64,000 bases of DNA from a bacterium (GCA_040752695.1 JBFMGO010000018.1:804-64803), one strand, 5' to 3'. Shown: positions 19,400-30,933, counted from the stretch's first letter. Program-made: numbers and translations. Notes: generated by a model from the sequence alone, not told the origin.

Positions 19400-21505
19400 T
19401 TAAAGGACCTTGATCTTCTTAACGTTACTCTTTACACCCTTTTCCACCCACATATACAGATACTGTCCAGACCACTCGGGAGGTAAATTCTCCATCTTGA
19501 TCTTGACCATGGTACTGCTCCAGCCCCGGATATTCTCCAGCAATATACCCATGCCGAGGGAGGGGCTCTGTGCATCTTCCAGCGAGCCGATGCGTACTTC
19601 GCCACTTTCCTGAGTAGGACCAAAATTGAGGCCGTAGATCCTCACTACGTTATCGTTGAGGATTCTAAAAGGTGTAAGACGGTATATGACGGGAGTCTTC
19701 GTAAGCTCAAAATACAAAGGATCGCTGGTCATCACCTGGAAAATGGTATCGCCTTCGCTGAGAACTCCATCTGCATCCTCATCACCAAAGAAGATGTACT
19801 TCACATAGACAGCCCACTTGCCAAGAGCCATATCGCTGCACTTGAGATTGACAGGCTCATCCAGATCCTGGACATAATTCCGCCCGCCGGTCTCATCATC
19901 CGCACGATCCTTGTAGAAATCATAGACTCTCACCTCAAAGCTCTCATTGCTCCAGTTCCGGTAATCAAGTGCCGTATACATGCCCTGTGAAGAGGAAAAG
20001 TCCACCAGGCGGCATACTCCGTGGTAGTTATCATCGAACATCTCTGTACGGGTATCGCCAAAACTACCGATACCGTAATCTTCGAATGAAACCGTAATCC
20101 ATGTGCCGCAGGTCCCTGCCTCAGGGGCCGAGGTCAAAATCGGAGGAGCGCAATTCTCCAGGGTAAATACTCTGTGGTTACTTTCGCCAGTCGGAGTCAC
20201 TACCTGTACGTCGAAGTTACCGGCGACCAGCGGCGACCAGCAGGGAACCTCGAACTCGATCAGGTTATCGGTCCAGGCATGGACAGGCATATCGGTCCAT
20301 TCACCATCGACATCCAACTGTACAGCGTAGCCTTCTCCCCTTTGTTCACCGAAGTTCGCTCCCCTTAAAGTAACCACCGTACCGCAGCAGCCGTGGCTTG
20401 GCTGAATGCCGATCGCTTCTTCGTCAAGAGCGGGAGGTGCAGCCGGCGGTGTGGGCGGCTCCGGAAGAGCTACGCCAAAAAGATCCGCATGACATCCCAT
20501 ACACTGCTGATCAGCCGTAAACTGGCCATATTCGGTCGGATCGACATCGAAGTAATCGTCGGGATCGTCAGAGCTGCTGACATGGAACCCTTTGGCTCTC
20601 CATCCGTTGGTGTTCTGGACGTGAGGACCGATTCTGTGAAGAGTGCTGATGCTGTGGCAGATTTCGCAGTAGCGGATAAGATGGGGATCAAAAGGATCCC
20701 AGTTCGGGTTGTTGGGATTCTGTGAGTGACATCGATAGCAATTATACGCCATGTTTCCCTGGAAATTCATATGGTGGGTATCGTAGTTGGCACAAACAGG
20801 CTTTCCATATTCGTAGAAGCCTATATACTCGCCGTGCTCGTTAAAATGCTCCTGAGTCGAAGGATGTCCGGGGCTTTGAGGATCTTTAGTCACTGAGGCA
20901 GTCTGTTCCCAATGACAGTTTTCACAGGAAAATGGAGTGGGAGTTACGACCGATGGAGGATACATCGACATATCGCGAACCGGAGTAATCTCGGCGATCA
21001 GATCGGGACTGTGGCAGGCAACGCAGTTTGAAGAGCCTGACATGTCGGTATTGTGGTGCCAGCCATTGGTATCAAGATCCTGGCTGCTGTGACAGCCACT
21101 GGTTGTGCAGTCCCTTATCACGGATACGCCACTGGGAGCGCCCGGGCTCACCTCGTGGCAGACAATACACCGCTGCTCCTGCACCGCCAAAGGCGTAGCG
21201 TGGTGCCGCTCGGCCAGGCTGTTGCCGTGGCAGCTCCGGCAGTCGGTTTCGGTCAGATTTTCATACCTTGTATCATAGATACCGAGTTCCTGAGGAGCGT
21301 AATCCATGAGAGGATGAGGACGATTGTAATTCGAATTTATAGCCCCGGCGATTCTCGCCAGGCTGAAAACAAGAAATATACCTGTCCCTGCACTCAAAAG
21401 CCACTTTTTCAGGATAGCGCTTTTTGCAGACCTCCCTTTTAACCACCTGAGGGAGAATTTACATGATGTACACATAATCTTCCGCCTTTCTTCCTTGACG
21501 TTCAT
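19400..21505 (-). CDS. Multiheme cytochrome c (at least 7 CxxCH plus one CX4CH) with C-terminal beta-rich (IPT/Ig-like) region; embedded in the hydrogenase operon
   Basis: CxxCH motifs: CRSCH, CIVCH, CVACH, CENCH, CYRCH, CEICH, CMGCH. N-terminal hydrophobic signal/anchor. An alternative start at 21475 is possible. Confidence 0.75.
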   Translation of the reverse strand: MNVKEERRKIMCTSCKFSLRWLKGRSAKSAILKKWLLSAGTGIFLVFSLARIAGAINSNYNRPHPLMDYAPQELGIYDTRYENLTETDCRSCHGNSLAERHHATPLAVQEQRCIVCHEVSPGAPSGVSVIRDCTTSGCHSSQDLDTNGWHHNTDMSGSSNCVACHSPDLIAEITPVRDMSMYPPSVVTPTPFSCENCHWEQTASVTKDPQSPGHPSTQEHFNEHGEYIGFYEYGKPVCANYDTHHMNFQGNMAYNCYRCHSQNPNNPNWDPFDPHLIRYCEICHSISTLHRIGPHVQNTNGWRAKGFHVSSSDDPDDYFDVDPTEYGQFTADQQCMGCHADLFGVALPEPPTPPAAPPALDEEAIGIQPSHGCCGTVVTLRGANFGEQRGEGYAVQLDVDGEWTDMPVHAWTDNLIEFEVPCWSPLVAGNFDVQVVTPTGESNHRVFTLENCAPPILTSAPEAGTCGTWITVSFEDYGIGSFGDTRTEMFDDNYHGVCRLVDFSSSQGMYTALDYRNWSNESFEVRVYDFYKDRADDETGGRNYVQDLDEPVNLKCSDMALGKWAVYVKYIFFGDEDADGVLSEGDTIFQVMTSDPLYFELTKTPVIYRLTPFRILNDNVVRIYGLNFGPTQESGEVRIGSLEDAQSPSLGMGILLENIRGWSSTMVKIKMENLPPEWSGQYLYMWVEKGVKSNVKKIKVL

Positions 21506-21626
21506 AAACCTTTCCTTCCCGTTCAGTTCGTTTTAAAAGTCAGTTCCTTTCAAAGGTCAATTCTTCCCTGGCCTATGTGTTCCCAGGTCAGGACGATTAA
21601 ACATCTTCAAATCTCCGCTGGCAAAA

Positions 21627-23261
21627 TCAAATCTCCACCTGGAATTTCTTTACCTTGCCGGATGGTGTAATCACGTGAACCGCACATGCTATACATGGAT
21701 CGAATGACCGTATGATCCGGCCAATATTGATGGGATTCTCCGGGTCAGGAATCGGGCAGCCTATCAGTGCCTGCTCATAGGGACCCTTGCGGCCATTTCT
21801 ATCCGTGGGCGAGGCATTCCAGGTTCCAGGCACCACACAGGCATACTGGCTGGTCTTATATTTGGAGATCTTGATCCAGTGGCCCAGTGCTCCCCGTGGA
21901 GCTTCAGACATGCCATAGCCCTGGCCTGAATAGGGCGGGTCCCAGTGGGCAGTATCGTGAATTTTGGGAGGAGTGGGGTTTATTCCCTGCTCGTAGGGAG
22001 CAAAAAGAGCATCCAGTTCATCGAGCCACACCACCATGGCATCACAGAGCATAAGGGTTTCGAGGGCGCGGGCTGCATGCCTGGCCACTGCTCCAGGCTG
22101 AACGCCTGCATTGACTAAAGATACGAAGGTCTGAACCGCTGCATGATTATAGGCTGGATGTTCCGGCCTGTTCAGGATCACCATCATTCTGGCTAAGGGG
22201 CCGACCTCCATCGGGTAGCCATTATAGCGTGGTGCTTTGATGAAAGAATATGCACCTGACTTATTCAGATCGAAAGACTGGACGGTCTGGGAGGGACGGC
22301 CGTCGGTGCCTGCCACATACCAGCCTTTGGTCACGTCTTCTGTCAGGAGCGGTTCAATAGCGGCGCGTGAAGTGCTGTTCGGCACCAGAACCCCGTTGAG
22401 TATCACGCCTTCGGGGTAGAGGTAACCTCCATCGGCCATGGGAAACCCGCCGTACGAGAGATAATTCTGATGGCCCACTCCTACGCTCGAGGTGGCCAGT
22501 CCGAGTAAAGGTCCGGTGCCAAGGGTATACACATCGTTTACATACGTATTGGTAATAAAGGCGGTCTGCTCGGCAAGCATGGTCCGGAATGTGTTCCTGG
22601 TGGCCTGATCGGGTGCCTGGGTTACTCCTCCTGCCACAATGCCTGACTGATGGGGCTGCTTGCCAGCCAGCATGGCTGACATTTTCTTGGCCTTTACCTG
22701 CATGAGCAGTGCCTCGAGGTAGTGCCCGACCGCCATCACTACCGTATCGAGATCGCTGATGCAGTACGCATCCGCCTGATACGCCGGAAGGAGAGGGCCT
22801 GCGTATTCACCCTCCACCGGTTGATGACTGACTTCAGCGATTACTTTATCCCGGATCTTCTGGATGTAAGTATCACTGCCGGTATAGCCGGCAAGAACAC
22901 TGAGGTCGAGATAGTCCAGGGCGGAAAGGTGATAGAAGTGCAGCGGATGATCGTGAAGCCAGGCTGCACCGGCAATGAGATTGCGAATGATCCTTGCCGC
23001 TTCCGGCAGGGTGCGGGTGCCCTGGGCCGTCTCTACGGCCATGCAGGAGGTCCATCCGTGAGCTGCAAAACAGACACCGCAGATGCGCTCGGTCACATAT
23101 GTGGCATCTCGCGGGTCCTTGCCAACCAGCAGCTTTTCAAGACCGCGCGCCATGGTGCCGCCCACCCGGGCATCCGTCACAACACCCCCATCTACTGTCA
23201 CTTCTACCTTCAGATGACCTTCTATTCTGGTAAGGGGATCAACAATAATAGTCTGAGACAT
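21627..23261 (-). CDS. [NiFe] hydrogenase large subunit
   Basis: N-terminal RICGVC..H and C-terminal DPCIACAVH Ni-binding motifs. 544 aa. The C-terminal motif is Cys, not Sec. Confidence 0.9.
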   Translation of the reverse strand: MSQTIIVDPLTRIEGHLKVEVTVDGGVVTDARVGGTMARGLEKLLVGKDPRDATYVTERICGVCFAAHGWTSCMAVETAQGTRTLPEAARIIRNLIAGAAWLHDHPLHFYHLSALDYLDLSVLAGYTGSDTYIQKIRDKVIAEVSHQPVEGEYAGPLLPAYQADAYCISDLDTVVMAVGHYLEALLMQVKAKKMSAMLAGKQPHQSGIVAGGVTQAPDQATRNTFRTMLAEQTAFITNTYVNDVYTLGTGPLLGLATSSVGVGHQNYLSYGGFPMADGGYLYPEGVILNGVLVPNSTSRAAIEPLLTEDVTKGWYVAGTDGRPSQTVQSFDLNKSGAYSFIKAPRYNGYPMEVGPLARMMVILNRPEHPAYNHAAVQTFVSLVNAGVQPGAVARHAARALETLMLCDAMVVWLDELDALFAPYEQGINPTPPKIHDTAHWDPPYSGQGYGMSEAPRGALGHWIKISKYKTSQYACVVPGTWNASPTDRNGRKGPYEQALIGCPIPDPENPINIGRIIRSFDPCIACAVHVITPSGKVKKFQVEI

Positions 23262-23473
23262 ATGATTTCCTTCCTTGCAATCCCCCTGGCGGATTTATCG
23301 GGCCGCATGAGACCTTGAGCAGGCCATGAGCACAATGGCTGCTCGACATCTGCACCCTGCGGCTTTGTCCATACCACCGTCGAGGATTGGATTATCACCA
23401 TTCAACAAGCGGCTCGCCAGGCTGCCAACCAGGCGGCTTACCGGCTGGCTTGCCAGGTGGTTCGCCAATTGGC

Positions 23474-24415
23474 TTACCGCGGTAATATTATTGGACCGAA
23501 GGGGCCGAAAACTACGCCGGTTGCTATATACAGCGGACTGAACTTATCGTAAAATTTGGGTTCGGTGCATCCTGCACAGGGAGAACCGCAGCCAATGCAC
23601 CAGTTGACTCCGTCGTTCCACTTGAGAGAGGGGCAGTCAGAATTGGTCTGGATCCCCTTGCATCCTTTCAGAAACAAACACCAGTCCTTCGTGGATGGAT
23701 TATTCCAATCGCTCAAAAACTCTCCCCTTTCAAAGTGAGGACGGCGGGGGCAATTGTCGTGAATGTTCTGTCCAAAATGAGCCACTGGACGAAGGTTCGC
23801 ATCGAGAGGGGGAACTTCACCACCCAGATACGTAAGAACCGTATCGTAGAACCATGTGGGATGAATGGGGCAGCCTGGCAGGTTGATAAACGGCTTGGAT
23901 ATGGCATACTTGTTTAAGAAATACTCCACACCCTGCCCTTTGCTCACCGTGCCCCTTGGTATGCCTCCATAACAGGCACAGGCCCCAACGGCAATAATTG
24001 CGGCAGCATTACTGGCCGCAGCGATAAAGGTTGCCTCGAAGGCACTGTCAGCGACCATGAGGTATCTTGAATCTGCGGAAGGAATAGAACCCTCTACCAC
24101 AAGAACATATCCGCCTTCCTCAATGGCTTTCACCAGGGCATATTCGGTTACTTCACCGGTTCCGGCCATAATAGTCTCGTGATACCGAATAGTGACGACA
24201 TCAAGGATAACATCCCGCAGATCCGGCGTCAGGCAAGAGAGGACGGACTCTGTACATCCGGTACAGTCTTGACCTTCGAGCCAGACCACCGCAGGCTTCT
24301 TCGACACATCGGCCATAAGTAACTTTGGCCAACCCAACTGGCTTATGCCCAGGGCTGCTGTCGCACCCATGGTCATCTTCATGAATTGGCGCCGAGTAAA
24401 AACGAAAGACTTCAT
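23474..24415 (-). CDS. [NiFe] hydrogenase small subunit, Tat-exported, short periplasmic type
   Basis: Twin-arginine signal (TRRQFMKMTMGATAALG). CxGC...GxCxxxG FeS cluster motifs. 313 aa with no C-terminal membrane anchor. Confidence 0.9.
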   Translation of the reverse strand: MKSFVFTRRQFMKMTMGATAALGISQLGWPKLLMADVSKKPAVVWLEGQDCTGCTESVLSCLTPDLRDVILDVVTIRYHETIMAGTGEVTEYALVKAIEEGGYVLVVEGSIPSADSRYLMVADSAFEATFIAAASNAAAIIAVGACACYGGIPRGTVSKGQGVEYFLNKYAISKPFINLPGCPIHPTWFYDTVLTYLGGEVPPLDANLRPVAHFGQNIHDNCPRRPHFERGEFLSDWNNPSTKDWCLFLKGCKGIQTNSDCPSLKWNDGVNWCIGCGSPCAGCTEPKFYDKFSPLYIATGVVFGPFGPIILPR

Positions 24416-25433
24416 ACACTCACCTCATCTTGGTTTGATTTTTTGATCATCACACTGGGATAGATACCCATGCTTTCTTTGCAATTCCCTTCTTCTGGTC
24501 CGGTTTCACCTCCTTTAACCAGAGTCCGAAAGCTTGATGAGTTATCCGGTAGTTCTCGCTGGTGCTGGCATAGGGAAAAACACAGCGTGGTCACAGGGGA
24601 GCCATATGCTTGAATTTCAAAAAATCATCATCTGTAAATATCCTGAAGAAACGTATGTTTACCGGAGATCTAAAAAATAATTTTCCAGATGCTTTTTACA
24701 CTTTAATTGAATGAGCTTCACTTTTTCGTATAGGCATAAGCCGTGCCTTGTATTCCGGGGAGGAAAACGGAAAGAAGTAACGTTAAGTTATAATTCATGT
24801 TTTTTACTCCTGGTTAAAATATATATCATATATTTAATGTAAAGAATTATTCTCAATTGTTTATATATTGTAAGTTTTTCTGTACATATTAAAACCTCCA
24901 GTCATGTCTTAAGAATGATCCTATGGTAACCTTATAGGATCTGAATGGTAAATGGACTCCCCCCGGCCCAGAGGCGAGGATTCATGTTTCACTAAAGAAA
25001 CATGAACCAGTAAAAAAAGAGATGCTGAAAAGGGGGAAGCAGGAAAGAAAAACCACAGGCAGGCCAGGTATCTGCCTTTGACAACTGGCCTGCCAATAAC
25101 ATGACACAACCAGCATTAGGCAATAAATCAACCTGTTACACAATTCCAAAGATACCGATATCTGAATACCGTTCGATTCTTAAAAATTCTCTGCGCGAAC
25201 GAGCCAGTCATGAGACAACTATATGGCTGCCTTTTCTTGCTGTAAGGAAATATGCCCAGTTGTTAAAAATGTGTAAAGTATTCTATACATCTAAAAATTA
25301 GAATTATACTTCAAATAATTTTGGATATTTTTAATCATTATATCAATGGATTGCACGGATTATTCAGGCAGGTGCGTTAGTTACTATTTCACCGATGAAA
25401 CATCTTCAAGGGATAAGAGAACAATAGGAATGG

Positions 25434-25512
25434 GAAGAAAAGGAACCAGGAACAGGAAGAAAGGAACCAGGACCGGGAAGAACAGGAACCAGGACCGGGA
25501 AGAAAGGAACCT
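25434..25512. repeat. ~21-nt tandem repeat (gaagaaaggaaccaggaccgg) x ~3.5
   Basis: Direct reading of the sequence. Confidence 0.7.
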
Positions 25513-25564
25513 TAATGCAGGAAGGGGCAAAAGAGCAGGTGTTATATCGAGAAAGGAGAGTACT

Positions 25565-25614
<50 letters not shown>

Positions 25615-25683
25615 CCCTTACAGGGGAGAGGGATAACATGCATCCCAATCCCCTGCAAGGGGAGAAAGACAGATCAGGCCAGG

Positions 25684-25707
25684 TCTGATCTGATCTGATC
25701 TGATCTG
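25684..25707. repeat. (TCTGA)n pentanucleotide repeat, ~5 copies
   Basis: Direct reading (gatctgatctgatctgatctg). Confidence 0.85.
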
Positions 25708-25720
25708 GGCGGGGCGGGCC

Positions 25721-28700
25721 TTACTGGACTACCTCAAAAGAACCCACTGTCTGATCCAGCCTGCCCGTGGCATCCTGGGCTGTCAACTGGAGGTTATATA
25801 TTCCATACCCTGTCGATGGCGGGACAACCACCGTCACACTGTAGGTATGATCATGAGCGGTTGAATCTCCATGAGTGCCATCGTCGTACATTACCTGGGA
25901 TGAGCTTCCGGCCAGAGGACTCAAGTCAACGGTAACCGTGGTCAGATCGTTATCCGTATCAAAGGCATAGACCGTGATCAAGACAGTCTGACCCGCCGGA
26001 ATGGTTTGAGGCTCTACCCTGGCTGCTGAGATGGCCGGAGAGGATGCGGCCTTCGGCACGATGCTTGGGTGAGTGTAAAAGAGATTGTCGTGGCAGCCGA
26101 CACAGCTATGGTTGTAGATGATGTTATTCGGCTTGACCATATTTCCCCCAATGCTCTCACTGTAGGAAGCGGTATCATTCCGTTTCGACTTCCTGTAATA
26201 GCGGAAATTAGCGCCGTAATGAGTTGAAATAGTGCCTTTTGTCCATGTCCCTTGAAATTCGGCATTGGGATTATCGACAATGATAACCGATCCGTCGGCT
26301 ACTGACTTAAATCGAACGGCATCGGCAATAACATAACTGAGTGCGTCTCGCCGTGGAGTAGCGCTGCTGCTTACCGTGTCTTCAATATCTTCGGAAGTAA
26401 GCTGGACATAGCCGGAAGTTCCCTGATTGAAGGAAAAGGTTCCCAGAAGGTTCCATACGATCGGGCTTTGTCCTGCGTTTTCCCGCTGATCTTCATAGAT
26501 GATGTCTTCTCCGTTAGCGTGGCTGACCTTATACTTGGCGTGGGATGAATTCAAGCTGGGATCGATTGAGCTGATATCGGACCAGGTTGCGAATACCTTA
26601 TACTGCCCGGCTGCCGGGATATCAGGCCTATAGATGGCAGAGCCGCCTTCGTCTTTGACCAACCAGCCAAAATCGAAGGCAGGTACATAGCTCTGTGTTC
26701 CAGGCGGGCTGATCAATTCACCGTGCCTGATCATGGCAGGAGAAGGCGATCCATGGACATTATGGCAGGTCGTGCAGGTCGAGGCAGCATCACCCTGGCC
26801 ATCAAAATCGGAATCACAGTAATTTCTGACATTCAGTGCAAGGTGCCAGTGATGCTCGTTCCTGTGGGTCCCGAAATTCGTGCCGTAGGGCGGATCTTTG
26901 TGCCATAGGCCCGTTCCCTCGCTGTGGCCCAAAAGCTCATATTTATTATGGCAGCTCAGGCAGAGGGCAAAATCGTCCCACGACTGGGTCGGATCCAAGA
27001 TCATCGGCGGAGTGTTTCTTATAGTCAGGGCCTGATTACCATCGACCATCCGCAGCCTGTATCCTGCCTGATAGTTACCTGACGCATAGCTGTAGGTCCT
27101 GTGCTGATGATCAACGTGCAAAAGGGAAGGATCGTGGCAGTCCGTGCAGCCTACAAGGTCCCTTTTTCCATGCCCTGTTTTATAATATCCGTAAGGATTG
27201 GGGGCGCTTTCATTGCCGATCACGGCCGGGGCAGCTACTCCTGAGCCGTCGGCCCTGCTCATGGCTGGAATCTCGTCATGGCAGCCTGCACACCATTTTT
27301 CCTTGCCTGCCTTGAGCCTGCTGCCCTGATAGACGCTGCCGTTCCAGTTGTTCTTGGCACCGATGACCGGATCGCTTACCCCGTCGTAGCTTCCTTCAGT
27401 GCTGTGGCAGGGATCGCAAACATGGGTTTCGGTCAGGGGTTTATTATCTTTGAAAAGAAAGGTATGAGGGCTGTCTTCATTGCCGGGAGCGTGGCAATCC
27501 CAGCATCCGATGGAAGGGCCTTTGGCCGCGCTCAGGTGGGTGTGGTGGCTTGTTTGAGTCTGCACCATGCTTTCATGGCAATTCTGGCAGGTGGCGACAG
27601 GAGTGCGCTGGTAGGCAACCTGATCGTTATGGCACATGTTGCACATGGCATTCTTTGCGATTGAGCCGGGGCCAGGGCCATAGAATTGAGTCTGGCCGCC
27701 GGTGCTTTCCATGACATCCATAAGATCGGGGTTCGCCTTTTCATCAGCGTCCAGGTACTGAAAGTTGAACAGGGGGGATTTGTCTGCCGGTGTACTGGCC
27801 AATTCGCCATGTCTGGTCATGGCGGGATTGGGAGAGCCGTGAACATTGTGACAGGTAGGGCAGCTCTGCGGTGAGTCCGCGGTTGCATCCCAGTCCGAAT
27901 CCCAGTCCTTGGTGTTTCCGCAATACCCGCGCCCTCTAAGATGGCGAAGATGTTCATTGCTCACCTTTCCGTTCTCATCCGTATGACTGTCGTTGCGGAA
28001 ATTGGTCGCTGGAGGATCTTGCAGGAAACCGTCCGTACCATAGGCATCGCCCAGCAGTTTGTATTTATCGTGGCAGGCAAAGCACAGGGCAAAGTCGTTG
28101 CCGGTCCTGGGATTTTCGCCACTGTTGCAGCCGATCCGGGGAATTTCCAGAGGCGGGTAAGATATCCCATCCACCTGCACACTATTCAGCCGGTACCCAC
28201 TCTGATAGTTGTTCAGGCTGGCCCGGTAGGTTCCGGCCACACCATCGATATGCGCACTGGCCGTATCATGACAGTGCTCACACCCGAACCTATGGCCATT
28301 GACATAGTAGCCGTATCGCAGGTCTTCCTTTACTTCGAATTCACGAAGATGACCTATGCTCAAAGGCCATGGGCTGACCTTAAGCAGTTTGAGATAGCGG
28401 GCCGGAATGAATCTATCCAGCCTGATCTCGTTCCATCCTCCCTCGGTCCCTGTCTGCCAGGTGGGAGAGGCAAAAAGGGTGGATCGGCCCAATAAGACCT
28501 TCACAGCACAGCCGGGATCATCGCCGCCGTAGACATTCCAGTTGAACCCGGAGCCAGGGGCGGTATACAGCCTGATATGCGTAACGTCGTCAGAATCTGC
28601 AAGGTCAAAGGTAATGTATCCTCCACCCGTACCGGTACTTCCCGTGTTATTGTCCCGGTCCAGCAGGTTTTCCGCACCCTGGATATCCGAAGCCTCTATG

Positions 28701-29149
28701 CTGTCAGGACTCTGCCAGTCTCCGCTCAGGGATTTTCCTGCAATGTTCGGCGCGGATACACCCTGAATTTGGCATGATCCATCATCATGACAACCGACAC
28801 ACCATTTCTCCTTGCCCGGCTTCAACGAACCGCCCTCATACACACCGCCTGTCAGCCAATTGGCCTTGGCCCCTGTAACCTCATCCCCTACTCCGTCAAA
28901 CTGTCCGGCTGGGCTATGACAATGACCGCAGATACTGGTGGTGGCCAGACCTAAACCATCCTTCAGATAGCCTGGATAAGGGTCATCATGGCAATAGGCG
29001 CAGTCAAGCTGCGGCCCGTTGAGGCTGCTCTGATGCACGGCGCAGAGTTGACCTGCCAGCCCCCTTTCAGGATTTCCCCACATACCAAGCAGGCAAAAAA
29101 TGAGAATAAAAACCGCTTCCAGTCCTCTGCAATTCTCTCTCTTACACAT
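25721..29149 (-). CDS. Very large multiheme cytochrome c (15 CxxCH), secreted, with internally duplicated ~500-aa halves
   Basis: CxxCH motifs counted: CAYCH, CGHCH, CVGCH, CEHCH, CFACH, CPTCH, CNMCH, CQNCH, CWDCH, CDPCH, CAGCH, CTDCH, CLSCH, CTTCH, CVGCH. The two halves repeat blocks such as ...CxxCHD...KWCxGCHD... and ...CxTCHNVHGSP.PAM.RHGEL.... Signal peptide from the ATG at 29149 with an AAGGAGA RBS. Confidence 0.8.
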   Translation of the reverse strand: MCKRENCRGLEAVFILIFCLLGMWGNPERGLAGQLCAVHQSSLNGPQLDCAYCHDDPYPGYLKDGLGLATTSICGHCHSPAGQFDGVGDEVTGAKANWLTGGVYEGGSLKPGKEKWCVGCHDDGSCQIQGVSAPNIAGKSLSGDWQSPDSIEASDIQGAENLLDRDNNTGSTGTGGGYITFDLADSDDVTHIRLYTAPGSGFNWNVYGGDDPGCAVKVLLGRSTLFASPTWQTGTEGGWNEIRLDRFIPARYLKLLKVSPWPLSIGHLREFEVKEDLRYGYYVNGHRFGCEHCHDTASAHIDGVAGTYRASLNNYQSGYRLNSVQVDGISYPPLEIPRIGCNSGENPRTGNDFALCFACHDKYKLLGDAYGTDGFLQDPPATNFRNDSHTDENGKVSNEHLRHLRGRGYCGNTKDWDSDWDATADSPQSCPTCHNVHGSPNPAMTRHGELASTPADKSPLFNFQYLDADEKANPDLMDVMESTGGQTQFYGPGPGSIAKNAMCNMCHNDQVAYQRTPVATCQNCHESMVQTQTSHHTHLSAAKGPSIGCWDCHAPGNEDSPHTFLFKDNKPLTETHVCDPCHSTEGSYDGVSDPVIGAKNNWNGSVYQGSRLKAGKEKWCAGCHDEIPAMSRADGSGVAAPAVIGNESAPNPYGYYKTGHGKRDLVGCTDCHDPSLLHVDHQHRTYSYASGNYQAGYRLRMVDGNQALTIRNTPPMILDPTQSWDDFALCLSCHNKYELLGHSEGTGLWHKDPPYGTNFGTHRNEHHWHLALNVRNYCDSDFDGQGDAASTCTTCHNVHGSPSPAMIRHGELISPPGTQSYVPAFDFGWLVKDEGGSAIYRPDIPAAGQYKVFATWSDISSIDPSLNSSHAKYKVSHANGEDIIYEDQRENAGQSPIVWNLLGTFSFNQGTSGYVQLTSEDIEDTVSSSATPRRDALSYVIADAVRFKSVADGSVIIVDNPNAEFQGTWTKGTISTHYGANFRYYRKSKRNDTASYSESIGGNMVKPNNIIYNHSCVGCHDNLFYTHPSIVPKAASSPAISAARVEPQTIPAGQTVLITVYAFDTDNDLTTVTVDLSPLAGSSSQVMYDDGTHGDSTAHDHTYSVTVVVPPSTGYGIYNLQLTAQDATGRLDQTVGSFEVVQ

Positions 29150-29269
29150 AGACAGATCTCCTTGACTATTCGTTTTGAGGGAAAATTGTGCCAGGCCATG
29201 GCCACGTCTTTGCCAGACCATTTTTGTTTTCCCTCAAGATCCTTTTCTCTCCTCGTGTATATCTCACCT

Positions 29270-30154
29270 TCAATCAATTGACTCGCTATTAGTTTCATCA
29301 TGGACTTCTGCACTGCTGGCAGGCAGGTAGTTGACTCCTGTCTGATGAAAATTTCCGGCAGCATTTTGGCTGGATACATTTTTGATGGCATAGCTATAGT
29401 CATGATCAAGATATATTCCATATCCGCCATTCTCCAGTATGATATTTCCTTCAAGAAGGCATTTATCGACAGCATAGAGACCATGGGAACCATTGGAATG
29501 AGCCGTGCAGTCGATTACCGTGGAAGATTCGACGTGCAGGCCACAGGAACCGTTGAAATCGGCCGTACAGTTGATTATGGTGGATGAATCGGCTCTGATG
29601 CCATCAGAACCGTTGTAATTGGCCCGGCAATTGTCTATGAGAGAGGATTCTGCATCGATGCCGCAGGAACGGTTATACAAGGTACTGATACCTTTCACCT
29701 GATGATCCTTTCCAGAAAGGCTGATACCGCAGGAGAACCCCTGCACCGTTCCATTTACGATCTCGATATTCTTCCTCCCAAAGGCGCATATGCCTATGCC
29801 TGTTGAGGCATCGTTTGAGATTCCATCGCTTCCTGGCCCCGTAATGATATTGCCCTGTAAGTCAAGGGTCACATCGTCAGCCTTGATCTCAATGCAGCAG
29901 GTGCCGGTAGTGAATACGGTCAAATTTTTGGCCAGGGTATAGTTTCCCGGCTGGTCAATGACAATGGGGAAAGGAGCGGCCAGTTGCAGCCTGCTCTCGA
30001 TGGGCCTCATATCGGCCAGCCTGGTATCAACCCGTCCGATACCAACCTGCCCTTCTGTCTTGCCGGAACCGGGAGACATACAGAAAATGACATGGATAAG
30101 TACTGTGAATAATAAAGCCCCTAAGGTTAAACGAAGATTTTTTCTCATTTTCAT
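29270..30154 (-). CDS. Secreted right-handed parallel beta-helix repeat protein (NosD/pectate-lyase-like fold)
   Basis: Signal peptide. ~22-aa PbH1-like repeats (IDNCRANYNGSDGIRADSSTIINCTADFNGSCGLHVESSTVIDCTAHSNGSHGLY). Directly upstream of, and co-directional with, the large cytochrome. Confidence 0.5.
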   Translation of the reverse strand: MKMRKNLRLTLGALLFTVLIHVIFCMSPGSGKTEGQVGIGRVDTRLADMRPIESRLQLAAPFPIVIDQPGNYTLAKNLTVFTTGTCCIEIKADDVTLDLQGNIITGPGSDGISNDASTGIGICAFGRKNIEIVNGTVQGFSCGISLSGKDHQVKGISTLYNRSCGIDAESSLIDNCRANYNGSDGIRADSSTIINCTADFNGSCGLHVESSTVIDCTAHSNGSHGLYAVDKCLLEGNIILENGGYGIYLDHDYSYAIKNVSSQNAAGNFHQTGVNYLPASSAEVHDETNSESID

Positions 30155-30540
30155 CAATTTATTCTCCCTGAACAGAAAACTCTGTCCATAGACAAACAAA
30201 TTCGTATCCATAGGCAGGGTAATGTCCATGGTAATTGCTGGTCCAACGGTTGAGTTTTTATCAATGTGGTGCTGTTATACAGTGATGATGTCACCTCCTT
30301 TGATTATCCATGACAAGATATATCCATAGACTTTGTTTAATAAGGTATATTAGACTTCCCAATGTCTTCTTCAGACCAGGTCAAGAGAATGATCAAAATG
30401 AGGAATACACTTCATTAATTAAGCATAAGCAGTGCCAATTCAGGGTAAAAGTTCAGCCATTGAATGCACTGCTGTCAGGGCAACAGGATCACCCTGCCGA
30501 TAAGATGAGGCAACCAAATTTCCTGTCAGGAGAAAAGGAG

Positions 30541-30933
30541 ATGAAACACTCTTTGTCCCAGGCTCTTCCCCCTGCATCCCGGACGGAGCAGGAAAATTAT
30601 CACCTTCGTCTTCGCTTTGAATATGGTCCTCTGGACGATGGGACCCTCTGGATACGGATTGGGGTGCGGGGACTTTTCCATGCAGACTGGATGACTCTGC
30701 GGCTCCTTCTGGAATTGAATGGTGGAAGATCAATAACCGCGCTGGCTGAAAAGTATAAGATTGAGCAGCAGGAATTGCACGCTCTCCTTGTGAGTCTTGA
30801 GAAAGGGGGCTCAATTGTTTCTGCAGGGCAGGGGAAAATCACCATGGGGCGTCAGTGGGATGATATTCACCTATTCTGGGAAGGGTCATCCTTCCTTTTT
30901 TTCATTGATCAAGGAGATGGATATGCAGCTTGA
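30541..30933 (+). CDS. PqqD-family protein (RiPP recognition element-like peptide chaperone)
   Basis: The winged-helix PqqD pattern (LWIRIGVRGLFHADWMTLRLLLELNGGRSITALAEKYKIEQQELHALLVSLEKGGSIV) is present. Start chosen at MKHSLSQ, which has a GGAGAAAAGGAG RBS. The 3' end overlaps the next gene's start. Confidence 0.55.
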   Translation: MKHSLSQALPPASRTEQENYHLRLRFEYGPLDDGTLWIRIGVRGLFHADWMTLRLLLELNGGRSITALAEKYKIEQQELHALLVSLEKGGSIVSAGQGKITMGRQWDDIHLFWEGSSFLFFIDQGDGYAA